The notes under the pieces are model-generated. The model searched no databases, was not told where the DNA came from, and worked only from the letters and a program-made list of their open reading frames with translations. The translations under genes and the position numbers were made by a program. Positions 11,935-24,900 of a stretch of DNA of 64,000 bases are shown in pieces. Origin of the DNA: Octopus sinensis (Eukaryota); contig NC_042998.1 in NCBI RefSeq assembly GCF_006345805.1, positions 12,524,001 through 12,588,000 of the forward strand, given 5' to 3'. Each line of letters starts with the position of its first letter. Position 1 is the first letter of the stretch.

Positions 11935-12300
11935 CATGCTTTGTATGTATGTATATATGTATGTATGTATGTATTATGTATTTATGTATGTATGTATGTA
12001 TTTACGTATGTATGTATGTATTTATGTATGTATGTATGAATGTATGCGTGTATGTGTGTATGTATGTATGTATGTATTTATGTATGTATGTATGTATATA
12101 TGTATGTATGTATGTATGTATGTGTGCATATATATATGTATGTATGCATGTATGTATGTATGTATTTATGTATGTATGTATGTATTTATGTATGTATGTG
12201 TGCATGTATGTATGTGTGTATGTATTTATGTATGCATGTATGTATGTATGCATGTATGTATGTATGAATGTATGTTTGTGTGTATGTATGTATGTATACT
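11935..12300. repeat. (ATGT)n-type microsatellite
   Basis: Long imperfect TATG/TGTA array. Confidence 0.95.
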
Positions 12301-12349
12301 CATGTATATAGTTTCATGTCTGAACATGCATGTATATACTTAAATGCTG

Positions 12350-12850
12350 AACGAATGGAAAGTTTCACGAATTTTGACATTGATAGCTTGAAGCTATAAT
12401 CTTCTAATTAGCATTCTGCTTTCTGGTTTTGATAAGCCTAATTTCTCAAGACTGGTGCTTAGGCAGTTTGTTACATATCCCAGTGTCCTAATAATTACAG
12501 GTATAAATCTGACGTTGTAATCCAGGTAAATTTTTCAGTAGTTCAGCGTTGGAATTTCTTCATCACTGATATTTAGCTTTATGTTGACATTCGCTGAGCA
12601 TCTGATTTCCATTACTAAGTTTCTCTTCTCAGTCCCAAATCAGCATGTCTGATCTGCTATGTTTGCATTTTATTGAAGATTTGAATGGGATATTCCACCA
12701 GTGCTCTTTCATATTATGAGTGGTTATGGGTTCTACAACATTGTACCTCTCATGTACCTCAGAATTAACTTTCCGAGGGATCTTAGTATGTAGCGTCTTG
12801 GGGTACCCGAGTGCTAAAGCATCAGCCAGATTAGTTGAATTTAACATGAT
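12350..12850 (-). pseudogene. Degraded 3' fragment of an RLE-type non-LTR retrotransposon
   Basis: Minus strand KEHWWNIPFKSSIKCKHSRSDMLIWD*EEK followed by frameshifted RLE-domain-like sequence. Same family as 29230-29800. Confidence 0.6.
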
Positions 12851-12864
12851 AACATTATAACAGT

Positions 12865-13090
12865 AGGCGTTGAGCTGGCAGAATCATTAGCACGCCGGCC
12901 AAAAATGTTTAGCGACATTTCTCCGTCTTTACGTTCTGAGTTCAAATTCCGCCGAGAGCTAGTTTGCCTTTCATCCTTTCGAGGTCGATGAAATAAGTAC
13001 CAGCTGAGTACTGGGGTCGACGTAATGGACTAAACCTCTCCCTCAAAATTTCAGATCTTGTACCTATATTAGAAAATATTATAACATAGA
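12865..13090 (+). mobile_element. SINE family B2 (family-B head and core, different tail)
   Basis: aggcgttgagctggcagaatcattagc ... gagttcaaattccgcc ... ggggtcga, then ccctcaaaatttcagatcttgtacc instead of the family-B tail. Confidence 0.75.
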
Positions 13091-13723
13091 AAAGAGAGGA
13101 GGTAGAGGTAGAGCCTGGAATGTTCTCATTAGTGATGAGGTGGCTCGCAGCCGAGTGGAAGAAATATTCCATTTTAGGCATCACGTGAAGCCAGAAGTAT
13201 ACAGTACTAATAAGTGTTGTATAGTGAAACTATACACACCTCCCGGTAAAAAGTGGTCGTAGAGGCCATTATAAATAGACCAGTAGCAGGTTGACTGTGT
13301 CGATAGTCGTGTTTGTCCTGATATAGTAATTATAGTGTTACACTGAATGGACATTATAACGGTCTAACCTTTTGAGAATACGACTGATAGATCTATCCTA
13401 TCGATGACTTCGGAAAATAACAATATCTGTCAGAGCTTCAACTGTCGCCAAAAGTCAAATACAACTGTGAAGGATGTAGTTGAATGACGCCCAAAATTAA
13501 AAGGGGGTATGATGCATTAGCGTTTTTTTTTTTAATGTGTACTTCCTGAATATTTTAGCGGTTAAATGAGACAAAGTTTGCATGGCCACACTGAAGGATG
13601 TTTTCATGGTCTCTTTTTATGCAGATTCGGCGTGTGATGTTCAAGTTTCCTGTTGCTGGTGCATGGGCAGAGAGTAACGTAGGTTTCAACAAATGGAGTA
13701 GTAAATATTTCATTGATGTATAA

Positions 13724-14147
13724 ACTTATTTCTTTATTGCCCACAAGGGGCTAAACATAGAGGGGAAAAACAAGTACAGACAAACGGATTAAGTCGATTA
13801 TATCGATCCCAGTGCGTAACTGGTACTTATTTAATCGACCCCGAAATGATGAAAGGCAAAGTCAACCTCGGCGGAATTTGAAATCAGAACATAGCGGCAG
13901 ACGAAATACCTATTTCTTTACTACCCACAAGGGGCTAAACACAGAAGGGACAAACAAGGACAGACAAACGGATTAATTCGATTATATCGATCCCAGTGCG
14001 TAATTGGTACTTAATTTATCGAACCCGAAAGGATGAAAGGCAAAGTCGACCTCGGCGGAATTTGAACTCAGAACGTAACGGCAGACAAAATACCGCTAAG
14101 TATTTCGCCTGGCGTGCTAACGTTTCTGCCAGCTCACCGCCTTTATA
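13724..14147 (-). mobile_element. SINE family B head-to-tail dimer (one head, two bodies)
   Basis: Full unit 14147-13911 joined to a headless unit 13910-13724; junction aaagaaata|ggtatttcgtctgcc. The whole dimer is flanked by a 13-bp TSD cattgatgtataa (13711-13723 and 14148-14160). Confidence 0.9.
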
Positions 14148-14730
14148 CATTGATGTATAATCTGAAAAGAATGCGGCACAAAATCGGATCCCAATGAACT
14201 CCCAATTTGATTCAGAGGAGCAAAAGTGGCTAAGAGATACCTCAACACATGACGTAACTGTTATTTTACATAAAGCTACCTAGTTTTGAGTGATAAATGG
14301 CTCATAGACAGTTATATTTATAGGAGCTCTGCGTGCCACATATGGTTGAAGATGCCGCTAAAACCAATGTCTCTAAGCTTCTCTAAAGCGAGACATGACT
14401 GGTGAATGACCTGAGTAAGTAGAAAAATGGAAACGATTTCATATGATAACTGACATTATTAGTTATTTATTAGATTCTCTTATAAGCTAGTTTTCAGCGA
14501 CGGTTATATCTATGCCTAGCAGGTGAAGCCTAATAACAAAGAATATCCTAAGAAGCTAACTTCGGTAACTGTGGAAATGATCAAGATATTATTAAGTAAT
14601 AAGTTAATTTGATCGTATCGTAATACATTAATATATTTAACTTAATATTTACTCCGCGCAACATCAGTTGATATCTTCAAAATACTTTTAGAAACAGAGT
14701 ACTGAATTTGTACCTTTTACAGACACTTTC

Positions 14731-14733
14731 AAC

Positions 14734-14808
<75 letters not shown>

Positions 14809-14823
14809 TATAGATATTCAGTT
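14731..14823. repeat. (TA)n flanked by a 10-bp inverted repeat
   Basis: aactgaatat ... atattcagtt. Confidence 0.8.
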
Positions 14824-14983
14824 TCTTTCGATTAATTGTAATTTGAGAGAAAAAAAGATACATCAGAATGCTCTCTTTCCCTCACACTGTATGTGTGTGT
14901 GTGTGTGTGTGCATATGTATATACCCATACGTAATATATATATACATATATATATATACACACGCATATATACATACATAGAT

Positions 14984-15017
<34 letters not shown>

Positions 15018-15032
15018 GTATATGTATGTATG

Positions 15033-15098
<66 letters not shown>

Positions 15099-17762
15099 TA
15101 TGCATGCATACGCGAAATTTGTGCGCGGGTGTTTATAATTTCATAATAATTATTCGAATTTTATGTTCGTTTCAATTAAACGATATTACCTTTTTCATTT
15201 CTCTTAATATGCGTTACCATAATTAATCTTATTTTCTCTTCTATATCATTTATCTATTTTTATTTTTTATCTTTATACTTTCGAGTGAAAAACAGAAACA
15301 GCAATTATACACTTCGTTATATTTTCATCTTATTTCTATCATTATGTTCATTACTCATTTGATGATTAAAATATTAATTACTACAACAATTTTCTGAAAA
15401 AAAAAATAATAATATGTATTACTCATATAGCAACTTCAATGGTTTGATTCTTTGTTCATAATACATACGTTGTTCTTGTTCTTGTTAGACTTATTTAGTT
15501 GAAATAATTATAAAGAAAGCCAAAATATGTGACAGAAATTAAAACTTAATAAATTCTGAAAAAATCATATAATTAAATATGTGATGATAATCAAATTGAG
15601 AACGAGAAAAGTAAAAATTTTTAGTGAAATAAAGAATATTAAAAGAATTAAAGAGAAAATACTATGAAAAATGTAAAAATAATTATCAAAATATATGTAA
15701 GAAAAATATATGTTAGATCGGAAATGAAAGTGAGAATAACGTATAGTTATGCTCATTAATGAATTGGTTTGGTTATTATCTGGAGTCTGTGTAAATCTCC
15801 CGGGTCAATACTTGCAATTATAACAGCAACTGAACCATGAAGTATAATTAAGTTCTATCATAGTGTTTACTAATTAAATATATGTTGTGAAATTTAATTT
15901 TAGTTACATTCAAAAGGTTCCTATTTTGCATATATATATACAATTGCATACAAAACAATATGTTCTCATATCGCATTTAGACACAGGCTCACCGCCTACT
16001 TTGTATATTAATATCTGCGTGTAAGCATTTATATATGTATAAAAAGGTAAAAGGTATGTATGTATAAATACATATGAGTGTGTGTGTGTGTGTGTGTGTT
16101 TGTGCATACACATGTATTCGTATATGCATGTATGTGGTTATAAATCTTTCAAAGATCTTTAATGTGCAACCACAAATATGGAAGAGGAGGATATAGGGAA
16201 ATACGTGGGTGTGATGAATAAAGAATAACCATATACGTTAACAGTTCCAACTCAACACACGCGGGAAAACATAAGTAGACAAACAGAGGAACACAAACAC
16301 TAACATCCCCGCCCCCAATACACAGACTCATGTGATCAACATGCAGCCAGATTACTTCCTTGGATCAATGCGATCAAGTCTGATGTCCCGACTGAGCGAT
16401 GCGGCATGAAAGTCCAAGTTTGTTTTCAGTCATATATTGGCTTTTCATTAGCTGAAGTATCTCATTTACACACGCTTCGACTACATATAGTATCAGTAAC
16501 TTGCTAACTGAACTGGTTGATCTTGGCCTTTGTCTGTTTGTTGTCTGTTCCTCTTTTAAGTATCTCGTGATACACATCATTCATTCAATAAAATTTATTT
16601 GCCGAAATAGTTCATATATCATCATGCTGCTTCTCAGGGTTTTAATGTACCCTGGCTCAGATGGTTACATTGCCATTTAAACAGTAGCCAGAAACCTGCA
16701 GATGCTACCACCCCGTGTCAGAGTAACCCTGGGACCAACAGTGGCTAAAAGAGGGTTCTGCACTCTTCGAAACTCTGGACCTTCCTGATCTAGAGCCCAA
16801 CTAGCAGCTGCAGTTTAAATACATACATGTACATACTCACATATGAAAAATCATATTAAAATATACCATAATTATAAATGTAATTTTGGATCGCCATTGA
16901 TGCCCGAAGCGTATTTAACTTAGATTGTCTTTTACCCTGACCTTTATTACTTGTGGATTTGGTTCGTATATTTGGCGTATTGGCAGCTTCAGTAGACCTT
17001 TAGCATTTGCACAGCCTCTTTAAGTATCGAGTTCGAATGGCTCTCGTCCTACCGAGTTGAACAGTTAATGTACTAATCAACTATTAGAGTTGATGGTGTA
17101 ACGTTGATTCGAAATTGAATCACTAGGTTGATGGTCAGACATCACGATAAAACCACAGTTGTTTCACGTAATCGGTCAAGTGAGTAAACAATTATCGTAA
17201 AGCCACCGCATGATTGAATCATTTAGAATCTCTTTACGCGCTATGAACAGACGAATTGCTCAATACTGAGGTAGCCGCGTGTTATGTCTCCATTCTCGCC
17301 ACATCCAGCCGGGTAAGACAGATGGCCGATAGTATACAGGAATTTTTATCATCACGATTATAGCTCAATTATTTTTCAGTTATGATGTACCAATAACCTT
17401 GTAAATTCCAAGCAGTATGTTACATCTAGGATGTAATTATTAGTATTACTATTAATAAAAGAGCAATACAGTTAAAACTCTATGTGCAGTTATCAAATCT
17501 TCTGTTATCTTCTGTTATCAAATCTTCTGTTCTTGGATATCATCAATTATTTATTTTTTCGCGCGGTCTGAGAAATACATTTTCATTCAGCAACTCAACC
17601 GATTATCCCCAACTGACAATGACATCAAATAATTTCAGACCCTTAAATTTTCATATAAATAAAAGGTTATGTCACATTTCAAGATGGAATATACATGCAT
17701 CTTTGTTTTTAATTAAAATATTCAATCAAGGTAACATTTCCTCTCATTATTGATAACATAAT

Positions 17763-17940
17763 TAATGCGGCGAGCTGGCAGAATCGTTAGCACGCTGGGA
17801 AAATGTTACCTGTCATTTCTTCCGGTTTTACGATCTGTGTTCAAATTCCGCTGCAGTTTACTTTACCATCCACCCTTTTCGGACCGATACAATGAGAGCC
17901 AGTTGAACACTGGGCCTGAGGATGTAATAGACAAACCTCC
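17763..17940 (+). mobile_element. Degenerate SINE family B/B2
   Basis: taatgcggcgagctggcagaatcgttagcacg ... gtgttcaaattccgc. Confidence 0.7.
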
Positions 17941-18355
17941 TTACGAAATGTCTACCAAATAAAGCACAAAGAGCATAATATAACAGTATACTAACCTTAA
18001 TTTTCGAAGTAGTGTAATGCAATTCAAGTTGAAGATATCTTTTGTCTTATAAATATGATTTTAGTCTCTTCACAGCGACCTCCTTGCTATAATATTAGTC
18101 CTAATATTTGAGTCTCAAACGTCTCTTCATCTACATTCATGTTCGCTTCTTTTTGTTCTAATAACCATTATCTTTGCAATTTGTTGCATTCATATTTAGA
18201 CCTTTCTCGTACTTTCCCCATTGCTGCCTGCCATTAACGATGTATTATCATCATATCTTATATTGTTTCTATTCATGCCTTTGATAGTGAGTCTTTTGAT
18301 CAGATATTAATATATATCCAGTATAGATATAAATAGGAATGGTGATAGCCTTTAT

Positions 18356-18433
18356 ACATACATACATACATACATACATACATACATACATACATACATA
18401 CATACATACATACATACATACATACATACATAC
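18356..18433. repeat. Perfect (TACA)n microsatellite
   Basis: About 19 uninterrupted units. Confidence 0.95.
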
Positions 18434-18445
18434 GCATTATATATA

Positions 18446-18810
18446 CAGTAGAACCTCACAGTATGCAATTTGCCGTACGAGCCGAAGCACTTGTCTTGAA
18501 GTACAAGTGTAAATCCGCAGTAGGATCAAGTTTCATGCAAATGACCAATAGTCGGCACTGAGCTCACATACGCTCTCCTAACAAGCACAGCCTTCGCTCG
18601 CTCAGTTCACGTGTTCATCTCGTTATGGCAGCAACCTTATTGTGTTTTTTTCCCCAGAGTTTTGTGCATTTTTTGCTTTTATTCAATAATAATTAGTTGT
18701 GTTAGCCATGGGTCCTAAGAAAGTTTGTGAAAAGGACAATGATGAGAAAAAGAAAATGCTGATTACGATAGAATTGAAGAAGGGAAACCTTTGATAAACA
18801 TGAAAGACAT
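18446..18810 (+). mobile_element. 5' end of pogo/Tigger-type DNA transposon
   Basis: TA followed by terminus CAGTAGAACCTC. ATG at 18708 opens MGPKKVCEKDNDEKKKMLITIELKK, a Tigger-like transposase N-terminus, which then degrades. Confidence 0.7.
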
Positions 18811-19749
18811 AGCACATTAATACGACTGCTGAAATTTGCAAGTTTTTATGATTTACAGAATACATACCGAATGAATTGACACCAATACTTTTCTTAACCT
18901 GGAACTGATTCTATCAGACACCTTCGAAACTTAAATATATGTGTGTGTATGTGGTTTGCGCGCGCTGAATTTTGATAGCACTATAACGGGGTGTATAAAT
19001 GTCGGGACAAAACCCATGTTCTCACTAGACCAAGGTCTGCGTCGTTGATTTCATGCGCCACTACCCGTATCACTTGTGTTCGTTCTCAAATACAAACCCT
19101 TGCGACATGTGTACACAACTTCAAGTTCCATTGCATTTATAATTTATGTTGCAGGGGACCACCTGCTTTACTACGCCGTTAGTAATAAACCTCGATAAGT
19201 TTTCTGACGTAACACTCTCGTGTCAGCATAGATTGTATTCTACATTTGCTCATTATGTAGAACTTTTTATTTCTCCCAATTATGCAAGTATATAAATACT
19301 AATTTTCCTTCTTGTAGCATGCTATCTTTCTCTCAATATACTCTCCTCCTCTGCTACCCCCACCTACCCCTGTACCTCAATGCTTATCTCTTCCTGCTTC
19401 TATGATTTGTCAGTTGATTATTAACTTAGCCATCCGTGACGTTTGCTTTCGCTCGTGCTGAATTCATCTTTATCTTCTGTTCTCTCCATCTCTTCTCTTC
19501 TATTCTATCCCTTTTCCTTTCTTCATATGCTGAAGTTCTCGCTCCTCGCTCCCTCACTCTTGACCACGTTCTGCTTACCTTCTCTTAACCGTTTATTTTT
19601 ACTAAAACTAGTATATGAACGGCACGTGTGAATTTCTCGTCATATAGTCATGTGACCTGTTAATGGTTACATATCTATATTTGCACATTTCATCTGCAAA
19701 TTATGATTATCATAATTACTATCTTTTATTGTTTATCTTTTAATTATTT

Positions 19750-20089
19750 TACTCATTGGACTGCGACCATACTGGGGCACCGCCTTGAAGAATTTTAATT
19801 CAATGAATTAGTATGAGTACTTAATATTTTTTTAAAGTCTGGTATATATTTCATCGAACCCTTTTGCCGAGACACAACTCTGGTTCTGAAGTGATGTGAG
19901 GGAAGGACCCAAACGCAAAGATAAACACAAACATACATACAGACAGACGGATACATACACAGAATCACGGGCACGCGTGTGCGTGTATAGGACGGCATTG
20001 TACGGGCTTGGTCAGTCCGAAATTATAGTAGACGACTTTTGTTCAAGGTGCCACGCACAAGTTTCTTATCACATAGCCACGCCTGCGCC
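19750..20089 (-). mobile_element. Highly degenerate family-A-like SINE
   Basis: Recognisable head (ggcgcaggcgtggctatgtgataag) and tail (ggcggtgccccagtatggtcgcagtcc). Confidence 0.6.
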
Positions 20090-20314
20090 GTAACACCGGG
20101 CTTCCTAAAGCTGCTGTGGAGTTAAGAGATTACATATTTTCTTCACATATTATTCTGTATTCTTTTGTACTCTACATAAATAAATCTATAACCAACGTAA
20201 CTGTCTCTCTCTATGACTATCTCTCTCTCAGTTTGTTTGTGTTTCACTGTCTGCCTCTATCTGTCTGTCTCGATGATATACATAAACACACACACACACG
20301 CACACACACACACT

Positions 20315-20347
<33 letters not shown>

Positions 20348-20365
20348 CACACACACACACACTCG

Positions 20366-20449
<84 letters not shown>

Positions 20450-20584
20450 ATCAACGTATGATAAATCCGAAAACATATAGATATAAATATACATACATAT
20501 ACACACACACTCACACATATGTGTGTGTACGTATGTATATTTATATATGTATATCTATATATGCATATCTATATATGTGACCTC

Positions 20585-20785
20585 GTGTGTACCGTTGGCG
20601 ATTTTTTCCCTCTGTCTTCCCTTCTCTGGATCTTTCCTTCTCCTATGTTTCCGACGAAGAGCTCCGCTCGAAACGTTAAACCCTCCTTCTTTCCTTCTTT
20701 CCTGAGCGTTCAATAATACTATATTTGTTCCACGTCCTCGCGTTGTTTTTTTGTGCTTTCTTGTTTGGATTAACTATGTATGTAT
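20585..20785 (+). mobile_element. Penelope-like pseudo-LTR (subfamily 2)
   Basis: Homologous to 26241-26410 and 42670-42880. Hammerhead-like core; 3' end runs into (TA)n. Confidence 0.65.
20647..20681 (+). ncRNA. Minimal type-I hammerhead-ribozyme-like motif (U4C variant); best-preserved copy
   Basis: GUUU-CCGACGA-A-GAGC-UCC-GCUC-GAAA-CGU-U-AAAC. Stem I GUUU/AAAC, stem II GAGC/GCUC, palindromic ACGU stem III, GUU cleavage triplet. Confidence 0.6.
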
Positions 20786-20803
20786 ATATATATATATATA
20801 TAT

Positions 20804-20960
20804 TTCTGAAATTTATAGAAAAACAGAAAGACGACGTCGGGTGTATGAACAACAAGCAAGTGTATTTGAAGCTCGGGAAAATGAAAAAGTCTTTCACATT
20901 TCGAGCTTACGCTCTTCAACAGAAAGAAATAAGAGAAACTAAACAGAGAGAATGAAAAGA
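20804..20960 (-). mobile_element. Penelope-like pseudo-LTR (subfamily 1), tail-to-tail with 20585-20785
   Basis: Homologous to 6590-6790; shares the intervening (TA)n. Confidence 0.6.
20890..20927 (-). ncRNA. Hammerhead-like motif (A6U variant, decayed)
   Basis: Minus strand UCUUU-CUGUUGA-A-GAGC-GUAA-GCUC-GAAA-UGU-G-AAAGA; 5-bp stem I, but position 17 is G. Confidence 0.45.
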
Positions 20961-22187
20961 ACTTTCAGATTTCAGCGGTCCAGGATGCAACTCTAGTTTC
21001 TATTTTAATTATATTCTTTTAATAATTAACACATTCTGCTTTAATTTACACTTATTTTACTGTACATACCATGTCCAAACACGTATCACTGTTTCTTACA
21101 CTAGAAGCTAGCAATACTGAACCACATAATCGAACGATAGTCTCTAGAATTTTCTCTCCCTAGTAATTATCTATTTCAGTTGTTCGTAAGCAAGGAAGTC
21201 TTCAAGAAATTTCTGTTTGGCATGACATCCTCATTCCTATAAGATTATATATATTTATTAATGGCTGTCGCCTTGCTTCAGTTGCTTGTGATAATCTGAC
21301 ATGTCTTATTTACCTTTACATTTATCATCCTCACAGCCTCATTAAGTCTTAGGCTCACATTCCGGATTCTATATACACGTGTCTCTTTAATCCTTCATGA
21401 AATCATCAATAAAACAAGCGGTTTAGACTCAAGTGCACTACAACCATTTCCTTCACTGTATAACTTCCAGATCACCGGTACGACATTTATAATGCTTAGG
21501 AGCATCACATACACTTGAATCATTCTCACCTCACAATCTATAATCGACACCTTTCACCTTGCCTTAAGATAAATTATTTTTTCTACGGATTCCCTTGCGA
21601 GCCCCTTTAAGTAGAACAACCGTCCATTTTTACTGCATATTTTACATTCAGATTTTCACTGTATACACTTAACTGACGTAGCTGTTCATACTTAAGCTGA
21701 AACTACGAAGAAATTCCCCTACAAATAAATTCAATAACTGTGGACGTTACTAACAAAGCAGCATTTACATTAAAAGCGGGGATCTTTTTAATATGTTAGA
21801 TTCATTGATTAATTATTTAGTTTATTTTCGGACTAAACATTATATATTTGTGTCCCTTTCGGACGCCTCGATGTCTTTTTCATACGTTGTCTCCTCTCTC
21901 TCTTTTTTTTCTCTCTGTCTTGACTTTTAACTGCGGGTTGTTCCCAATTTTGACCAATGAGAAGTTTGATAGAGTTGTGTGAAAATATCTGTGTGTATTT
22001 GGTGGAGAAGGGTGGAAGAATATAATAGAGCAAATGAAGAACACAAACAACTAAACAAAATAACCATTATTTTCATGTGATACACTATACCATTATACCA
22101 CCAAAAGTAATTGAAAGTAATCATTTTAACAAAGTATCATTTGTCAACTCAGACAATGAACTTCAGCAGGTAGATGGCTGTAGTGCC

Positions 22188-22356
22188 GTTACTTTCTGAG
22201 TTCAAATTCGGCCGAGGTCGACTTTGCCTTTCATCCTTTCGGGGTCGATTATACAAGTACCAGTTACGCACTGGGGTCGATGTAATCGACTTAATCCGTT
22301 TGTCTGTCCTTGTTTGTCCCCTCTCTGTGTAGCCCCTTGTGGGTAATAAAGAAATA
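22188..22356 (+). mobile_element. 5'-truncated SINE family B with 12-bp TSD
   Basis: gttactttctgagttcaaattc ... gtgggtaataaagaaata. TSD ggctgtagtgcc at 22176-22187 and 22357-22368. Confidence 0.9.
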
Positions 22357-22680
22357 GGCTGTAGTGCCTGTGCTTGCTGACCCGACTACTTTGTATTCAT
22401 CGAAGAAGAGCTTCCTTTGAATAAGATAAAAACAAAAGAACCGTACTAACCATCCTGACATCTGCATGTTCACATAGCAAAATACGTCCGACATCATCAC
22501 AAACACATATACCTACTTAAAGCTACCATTCCTTCCTCTCTTTCCATCACTTTCCACCCCTCCGAACCAAATACACGCAAAAATACCCAATTAACCTTCT
22601 CGTTGGTCAAAATTGGTAAACAACCATCACTTACTACAGCCATTAATGTTATTTCACCCGAAGAAATGAATGCACGAACA

Positions 22681-23015
22681 TGATCTACTTAATGTCCGTA
22701 GATGTTGTATCTACTCTAATAGTCACGATATTTTCTTGGTATCGGATACAGTGTATCTCTTCTATACCGGAATGCTAATACACCGCTTCGTCTATCGTGC
22801 AATTGCTGATAGCTCTGCAACGCACCGAATTTGAACCGTCTACCTTTACTTTGACTCGAACTCGATTATAATATGTAACTGACACTTAACGCCTACTGAC
22901 AACACGTACAACGACTAACACACGACTTCCCGTACTAGTTGACGTCATCTCACTATATAGTGACTGCCTCACACTACTTGTCCCACGGGAGGGGTGCACC
23001 ATTTCGACTTCAGCA
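22681..23015 (-). repeat. 3' LTR of gypsy element
   Basis: Minus strand starts TGCTGAAGTCG immediately after a polypurine tract; aligns to 25277-25503. Confidence 0.7.
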
Positions 23016-23481
23016 TCTCCTCTTTTAGTTTTTCTTTTTGGGAAGCTAATAGTTTTACTTTACTTTATTCACCTCACCTCCCTTTCTTTTAGTTTTTGTT
23101 TTTTTCTCTGTACAAATTAATATTTTTTCCATTTGGTGTCTACTTTTATTAACTCTGTGTTTTTCCTTTCTCTTCCACTTGTATGCATGGGTTGGTAATG
23201 GGTAGTTGTTTTCGACTAAACAGTCATTTTATCCTGTTCGTAAATCTGCGCACGCTCTTAGTTTATTATTTGTTTTTTGAAATAAACTGTTCCTGTTGCC
23301 CTGTCTGACCGGTCGACTCTCTCAATGTTTACAGTCTTTCGAACTCTTTCTTGACTTGGTCTATCGTCCTAAACGGCACGTTTCGTTGGGGTCTAAAAGC
23401 AGACGTTGCATTTTCTTTTACAGCAATCCTCGCTTTTTTTTAGTGCTATAGCCCAATCCTTCCCAAAAACATTTTGGAATG

Positions 23482-23821
23482 TTCTTTTATTCTTTTACTT
23501 GTTTCAGTCACTTGACTGCGCCCATCCTGGAGCACCGCATTTAGTCGAGCAAATCGACCCCTGGACTTATTCTTTGTAAACCTAGTACTTATTCTATCGG
23601 TCTCTTTTGTCGAACCGCTAGGTTACGGGGACGTAAACACACCAGCATCGGTTGTCAAGCAATGTTTGGGGACAAACATACACACACACACACATACACA
23701 CACACATATATATATCCATATCTACATACACATACGATGGGCTTCTTTCAGTTTCCGTCTACCAAATCCACTCAGATGGCTTTGGTTGGCCCGAGGCTAT
23801 AGTGGAAGACACTTGCCCAAG
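23482..23821 (-). mobile_element. 5'-truncated SINE family A inserted in the gypsy pol region
   Basis: Family-A body and tail present; tRNA head absent. Confidence 0.85.
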
Positions 23822-23859
23822 TTCAGTTCTTTGACTTCATTTGAGTCTTTGATCTCCCC

Positions 23860-24900
23860 CCCCCAACTACATTTCCACAGAGAACACTTATGAGTGGGGT
23901 GTCCCACATTTTCAATAACTCAATGCATTCGGTGCCAAATAACTTTAACGTATTTTTCAACACATAAATATTTGTCCTTTTCATTCAACCACGAACAGTT
24001 ACACTGCAAACATATTCGCCGATAAAATATAATTCCCTTCTAGTAACATCATATGCTACTTTATTTTATCTAAATAATTTCGGCTTACCGATTTGTTTCC
24101 ATGTTTTTTCATTTATGATAGTGATGTCACTACCCGTTTCTAATTGCATTTTGACACTTGTGGTTCCGATTTTCAACTTGAATTTTCTGTTCATTGTACT
24201 AACTATTTCTTTCTGTGATGCCAAATTATTAATTTTCTCGTTTGTTCCAAATATTCGTCATCTTAGTTCTGCTGTGTGATTTAATATATCCTTTATTCCC
24301 GCAATGAAAACAACCTTTCCTCAGGGGCATACCGCCAAATGCCATACGTGGGTTTATATTCTGATGCTTATCGTGTTTTTTACTTTTTTTGTGAAACTCT
24401 TTATCTGTCTTCAGACTCTGCCACGCTGAATTTACCTGGAAACAATCTCTGCGTTGGATTTCCTCTGTGCCATGTTTTACTTTCAATATCATATAGCATT
24501 CTTCTGACAATTTCTGCAGGGTTATATCCTGGTTCATTTCCGGCTTCGCACGAATTTTCGTTCTGACTTCCTGCGACCTTTTTAGCAGCAAATTCCTGTG
24601 CAAAAATCAAGAATTTGTACGATCTAGAGTTAGTTTATCCTGTTTAAACCTCTCGCATTCCCTGTTTACTCTATCCGCGTATATAGTAAAGTCTTCGTCA
24701 TCGTTTTACGCAATTTCCAAAAACGGCCAACGTGTGTTGAACAACGAGGTTTTTTTTTACTGAACATCTTACATAAAATTTCAATTGTGTCCGTAAAATT
24801 TATGTCAGAAGCTTCATTAGGCGGTATAAAGTTACAGCATTTTTCATGCTCTGTTTTCGAGAATTTATTTTTCAAAATTTGACGCTTTTTTCATTTCGAC
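23860..24900 (-). pseudogene. gypsy gag-protease relic
   Basis: Frameshifted ORF pieces 24666-24875 (FSKTEHEKCCNFIPPNEASDINFTDTIEILCKMFSK) and 24229-24603 (knuckle), plus protease LETGSD near 24126-24143. Confidence 0.75.

Noticed and set aside
11880-12343. ORFs made of YV/CM/HT/YI repeats (also near 14850, 20120, 27290, 31180, 43555, 45730, 62150)
   Set aside because: Translations of microsatellites.
18985-19200. Possible decayed mariner 5' end (taacggggtgtataaa...)
   Set aside because: No partner TIR or coding remnant identified.
21100-21780. Possible very old LINE RT relic on the minus strand
   Set aside because: Only vague motif resemblance; could not be supported without a profile search.
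22738-22746. tggtatc as a tRNA-iMet primer-binding site
   Set aside because: It lies inside both LTR copies and on the strand opposite to gag-pol.
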